The translations under genes and the position numbers were made by a program. A stretch of DNA of 64,000 nucleotides from Parcubacteria group bacterium M6-OD1-3 (GTDB lineage: Bacteria > Patescibacteriota > Minisyncoccia > Moranbacterales > UBA9337): NCBI GenBank assembly GCA_003056165.1, contig LSNR01000002.1, positions 2,726-66,725 on the forward strand, given 5' to 3'. Each line of letters opens with the position of its first letter. Within the stretch, counting starts at the first letter, position 1. The notes beneath the pieces were generated by a model. It was not told the origin of the DNA. It did not search any database and worked only from the letters and a program-made list of their open reading frames with translations. Positions 61,568 through 64,000 of the stretch are shown one piece after another.

Positions 61568-63469
61568 TTAAGCGCTATTTTTTTCATCATTAGTTTTAAG
61601 ATGATTTTTCTCATCTTTTATTTTGCTTTCATCAGTTATCTTTTCAGTTTCAAAGCCCATAATTTCATCAAATTCTTCTTTTTCAATAATTTCTTTTTTA
61701 AGTAAGGTCTTGGCGATTTTATCCAAAACATCTTTTTTATCTCTAATAATTTTTTGAGACGCCTCCTTAGCAGAATTAACAAAACTAGAAACTGCTTTAT
61801 CAATGCTTATCGCAGTTTGTTCAGAATAATCTTTTTCTTCACTAATTTCTTTTCCAAGAAAAACTAATTCTTCTTTTTTACCAAATGTTCTTGGACCTAG
61901 ACTACTCATCCCATATCGCATAACCATATCTCGTGCCATTCTTGTCACTCTTTCCAAGTCATTAGATGCTCCAGTCGTCACATCACCAAATGTTTCCGAT
62001 TCACTAACATATCCCCCCAATAAAACTGCCAGCTCATCTATAAAATGTGCTCGGGAATGTAATCGCTTATCCTCAGTCGGAACAGACATAGTATATCCAC
62101 CAGCACTACCTCTGGAAATAATGGAAATTTTTTGCACCGGATCAGCCTCTTTAGACAACGCAGCTACAAGAGCATGTCCAGCTTCATGATAAGCTATTAT
62201 TTTTTTTTCTTCCTTACTGATAGCCCGACTTTTTCTCTCTGCTCCCATCATTACTTTTTCAATGGACTCTCTTAATTCAAGCATTCCAATTTTTTTCTTA
62301 TTTTGTCGTGCCGATGAAATAGCCGCTTCATTAATAAGGTTCGCCAAGTCCGCCCCAGAAAATCCCGGCGTTCTTTGCGCAATATTTACTAAATTAACAT
62401 CCTCTTTAAACTTTTTATTTTTACTGTGAATTTTCAAAATCGCTTTTCTTTCATTAATATCCGGCAAGTCCATAGTCACTCGTCGGTCAAATCTACCTGG
62501 ACGCAAAAGTGCTGGGTCCAAAACATCAGGCCTATTTGTTGCTGCCATCACGATAATATTAACATTCGTTTCAAAGCCATCCATCTCAACCAATATTTGA
62601 TTAAGCGTCTGTTCTCGCTCATCATTGCCTCCGCCCAATCCAGCTCCACGATGCCTTCCAACAGCATCAATCTCATCAATAAAAACAATTGCTGGAGCAT
62701 TTTTCTTCGCTTGTTTGAAAAGGTCTCGAACTCTTGAAGCTCCAACTCCCACAAACATTTCTACAAATTCTGACCCACTAATATTAAAAAATGGAACACC
62801 AGCTTCGCCAGCGACAGCCTTGGCAATCAAAGTTTTTCCAGTTCCAGGAGGTCCTAATAGTAAAATTCCTTTTGGAATTTTCGCCCCCATATCCAAAAAT
62901 TTCTTGGGATTTTTTAGAAAATCAACTACTTCCATCAATTCTTCTTTTGCCTCCTTGGCTCCGGCAACATTTTTAAATGTCGTTCGTTTCTTTTTATCTT
63001 TCGGATCCGTCATTCTGGCCTTACTCATTCCAAAAGAAAGTGCTTGGGAATTGCCTCGCTGAGCTTGCTTCATCATAAACCAAAGAAACCCACCAATCAA
63101 AAGGATAGGCAATAAAAATGGCAAAATTATTCCCGCCCAAACGACCAAGCCAGAAGCACCTTTGATATCAATATTAACTTCTTGTAACTTCTTTTTATCA
63201 ACTCCGTAGTTACTTAAAGTTTCCACTAGAGAACTTTCCGCTTCCTTGGAAGATTTTTCTTTTACTCCATCAGCTAATTCAACTTCAAGTTTCTCTCCTC
63301 TAACAACAATTTTTTTAACATTGCCTTTATCAATTTGTGACACAATAGTAGAAAGTGCAACTTCTTTCACTTTTTCAGTAGAAGAATTATATATGGTCAT
63401 AAGCCCCGAAATTAATAAAAAAACTATTAGTGTCGGCGCAACAATGTTTTTAAATATTTTATCCATCAT
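61568..63469 (-). CDS. ftsH: ATP-dependent zinc metalloprotease FtsH
   Basis: Two TMs, [26 protein letters not shown]. Confidence 0.98.
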   Translation of the reverse strand: MMDKIFKNIVAPTLIVFLLISGLMTIYNSSTEKVKEVALSTIVSQIDKGNVKKIVVRGEKLEVELADGVKEKSSKEAESSLVETLSNYGVDKKKLQEVNIDIKGASGLVVWAGIILPFLLPILLIGGFLWFMMKQAQRGNSQALSFGMSKARMTDPKDKKKRTTFKNVAGAKEAKEELMEVVDFLKNPKKFLDMGAKIPKGILLLGPPGTGKTLIAKAVAGEAGVPFFNISGSEFVEMFVGVGASRVRDLFKQAKKNAPAIVFIDEIDAVGRHRGAGLGGGNDEREQTLNQILVEMDGFETNVNIIVMAATNRPDVLDPALLRPGRFDRRVTMDLPDINERKAILKIHSKNKKFKEDVNLVNIAQRTPGFSGADLANLINEAAISSARQNKKKIGMLELRESIEKVMMGAERKSRAISKEEKKIIAYHEAGHALVAALSKEADPVQKISIISRGSAGGYTMSVPTEDKRLHSRAHFIDELAVLLGGYVSESETFGDVTTGASNDLERVTRMARDMVMRYGMSSLGPRTFGKKEELVFLGKEISEEKDYSEQTAISIDKAVSSFVNSAKEASQKIIRDKKDVLDKIAKTLLKKEIIEKEEFDEIMGFETEKITDESKIKDEKNHLKTNDEKNSA

Positions 63470-63488
63470 AAATATATTAGTGTGTTAT

Positions 63489-64000
63489 TTAAAATATTAA
63501 CATATGAAGTTTACCACCTTTTCTTTCTATTTTCAAGCCAGTAAACACCTTAAATTGTCTCTTGTTTTTAGTACTTTTTATTATCTTTAAAATTTCTTCA
63601 ATATGGGTATTTTGAACATCTTTCAAATCTCCTTTAATTTTAAAAATTGATTGTCGTAAGATTTGTCGCTGAACAGCTGGATGTTTTTTCTTAAATTTTA
63701 AAATATCAATTTCAATTTCGTTCTCTTTTTCAGTCAGAATAACTTCATTCTGTATTTTTTTTGCTTCAACATCAATAAAATCATAATCATCGGCGATGCT
63801 TTCAACCGCATCTGACAAAGTTTTTTTAATTACCAAATTATATTTTTTTTCCAAATAAGGAATTAATTGCTGACGAATTTTATTTCTAAAAAATCGAATG
63901 TCTGCATTGCTTTTATCAATTCTATAATCCAATTTAGTTTCTTTTAAATAGCTCAGAATTTCTTCCCGGCTTGTCTTAAGCAATGGTCTAATAATTTTTC
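63489..64000 (-). CDS. tilS: tRNA(Ile)-lysidine synthetase, C-terminal part (5' end outside window)
   Basis: IIRPLL, DKSN....FRNKIR..LIP; canonical tilS-ftsH gene order. Confidence 0.9.
   Translation of the reverse strand, partial: KIIRPLLKTSREEILSYLKETKLDYRIDKSNADIRFFRNKIRQQLIPYLEKKYNLVIKKTLSDAVESIADDYDFIDVEAKKIQNEVILTEKENEIEIDILKFKKKHPAVQRQILRQSIFKIKGDLKDVQNTHIEEILKIIKSTKNKRQFKVFTGLKIERKGGKLHMLIF

Overview
AT-rich bacterial chromosome segment with the hallmarks of Patescibacteria/CPR (Parcubacteria-like; finer taxonomy not determinable here). It uses genetic code 11 (prfB present) and almost all genes are on the minus strand. Core content: MacAB-like ABC exporter, WecA/GT4, rlmN, ABC-F, a stand-alone 16S rRNA gene with two large insertions (one carries an ORF), frameshifted prfB, a complete F1Fo atp operon, tatD, metG, pyk, engB, polA, ftsH, partial tilS and two tRNAs. 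Best candidate for an undescribed system: a ~10.2-kb island (42593-52820) bounded by exact 48-bp direct repeats. It encodes three phosphohistidine swivel-domain proteins (one fused to a GHKL/MORC-like ATPase; one a rifampin-phosphotransferase-like dikinase split by a Fic cassette), two histidine phosphatases and a TrmB regulator. A second theme is tiny inverted-repeat-bounded elements carrying a GIY-YIG nuclease or a four-helix-bundle gene; their empty derivatives fill the atp spacers and one 16S helix. A leader-peptide attenuator precedes the MFS gene. All calls come from reading motifs by eye; no database searches were run.
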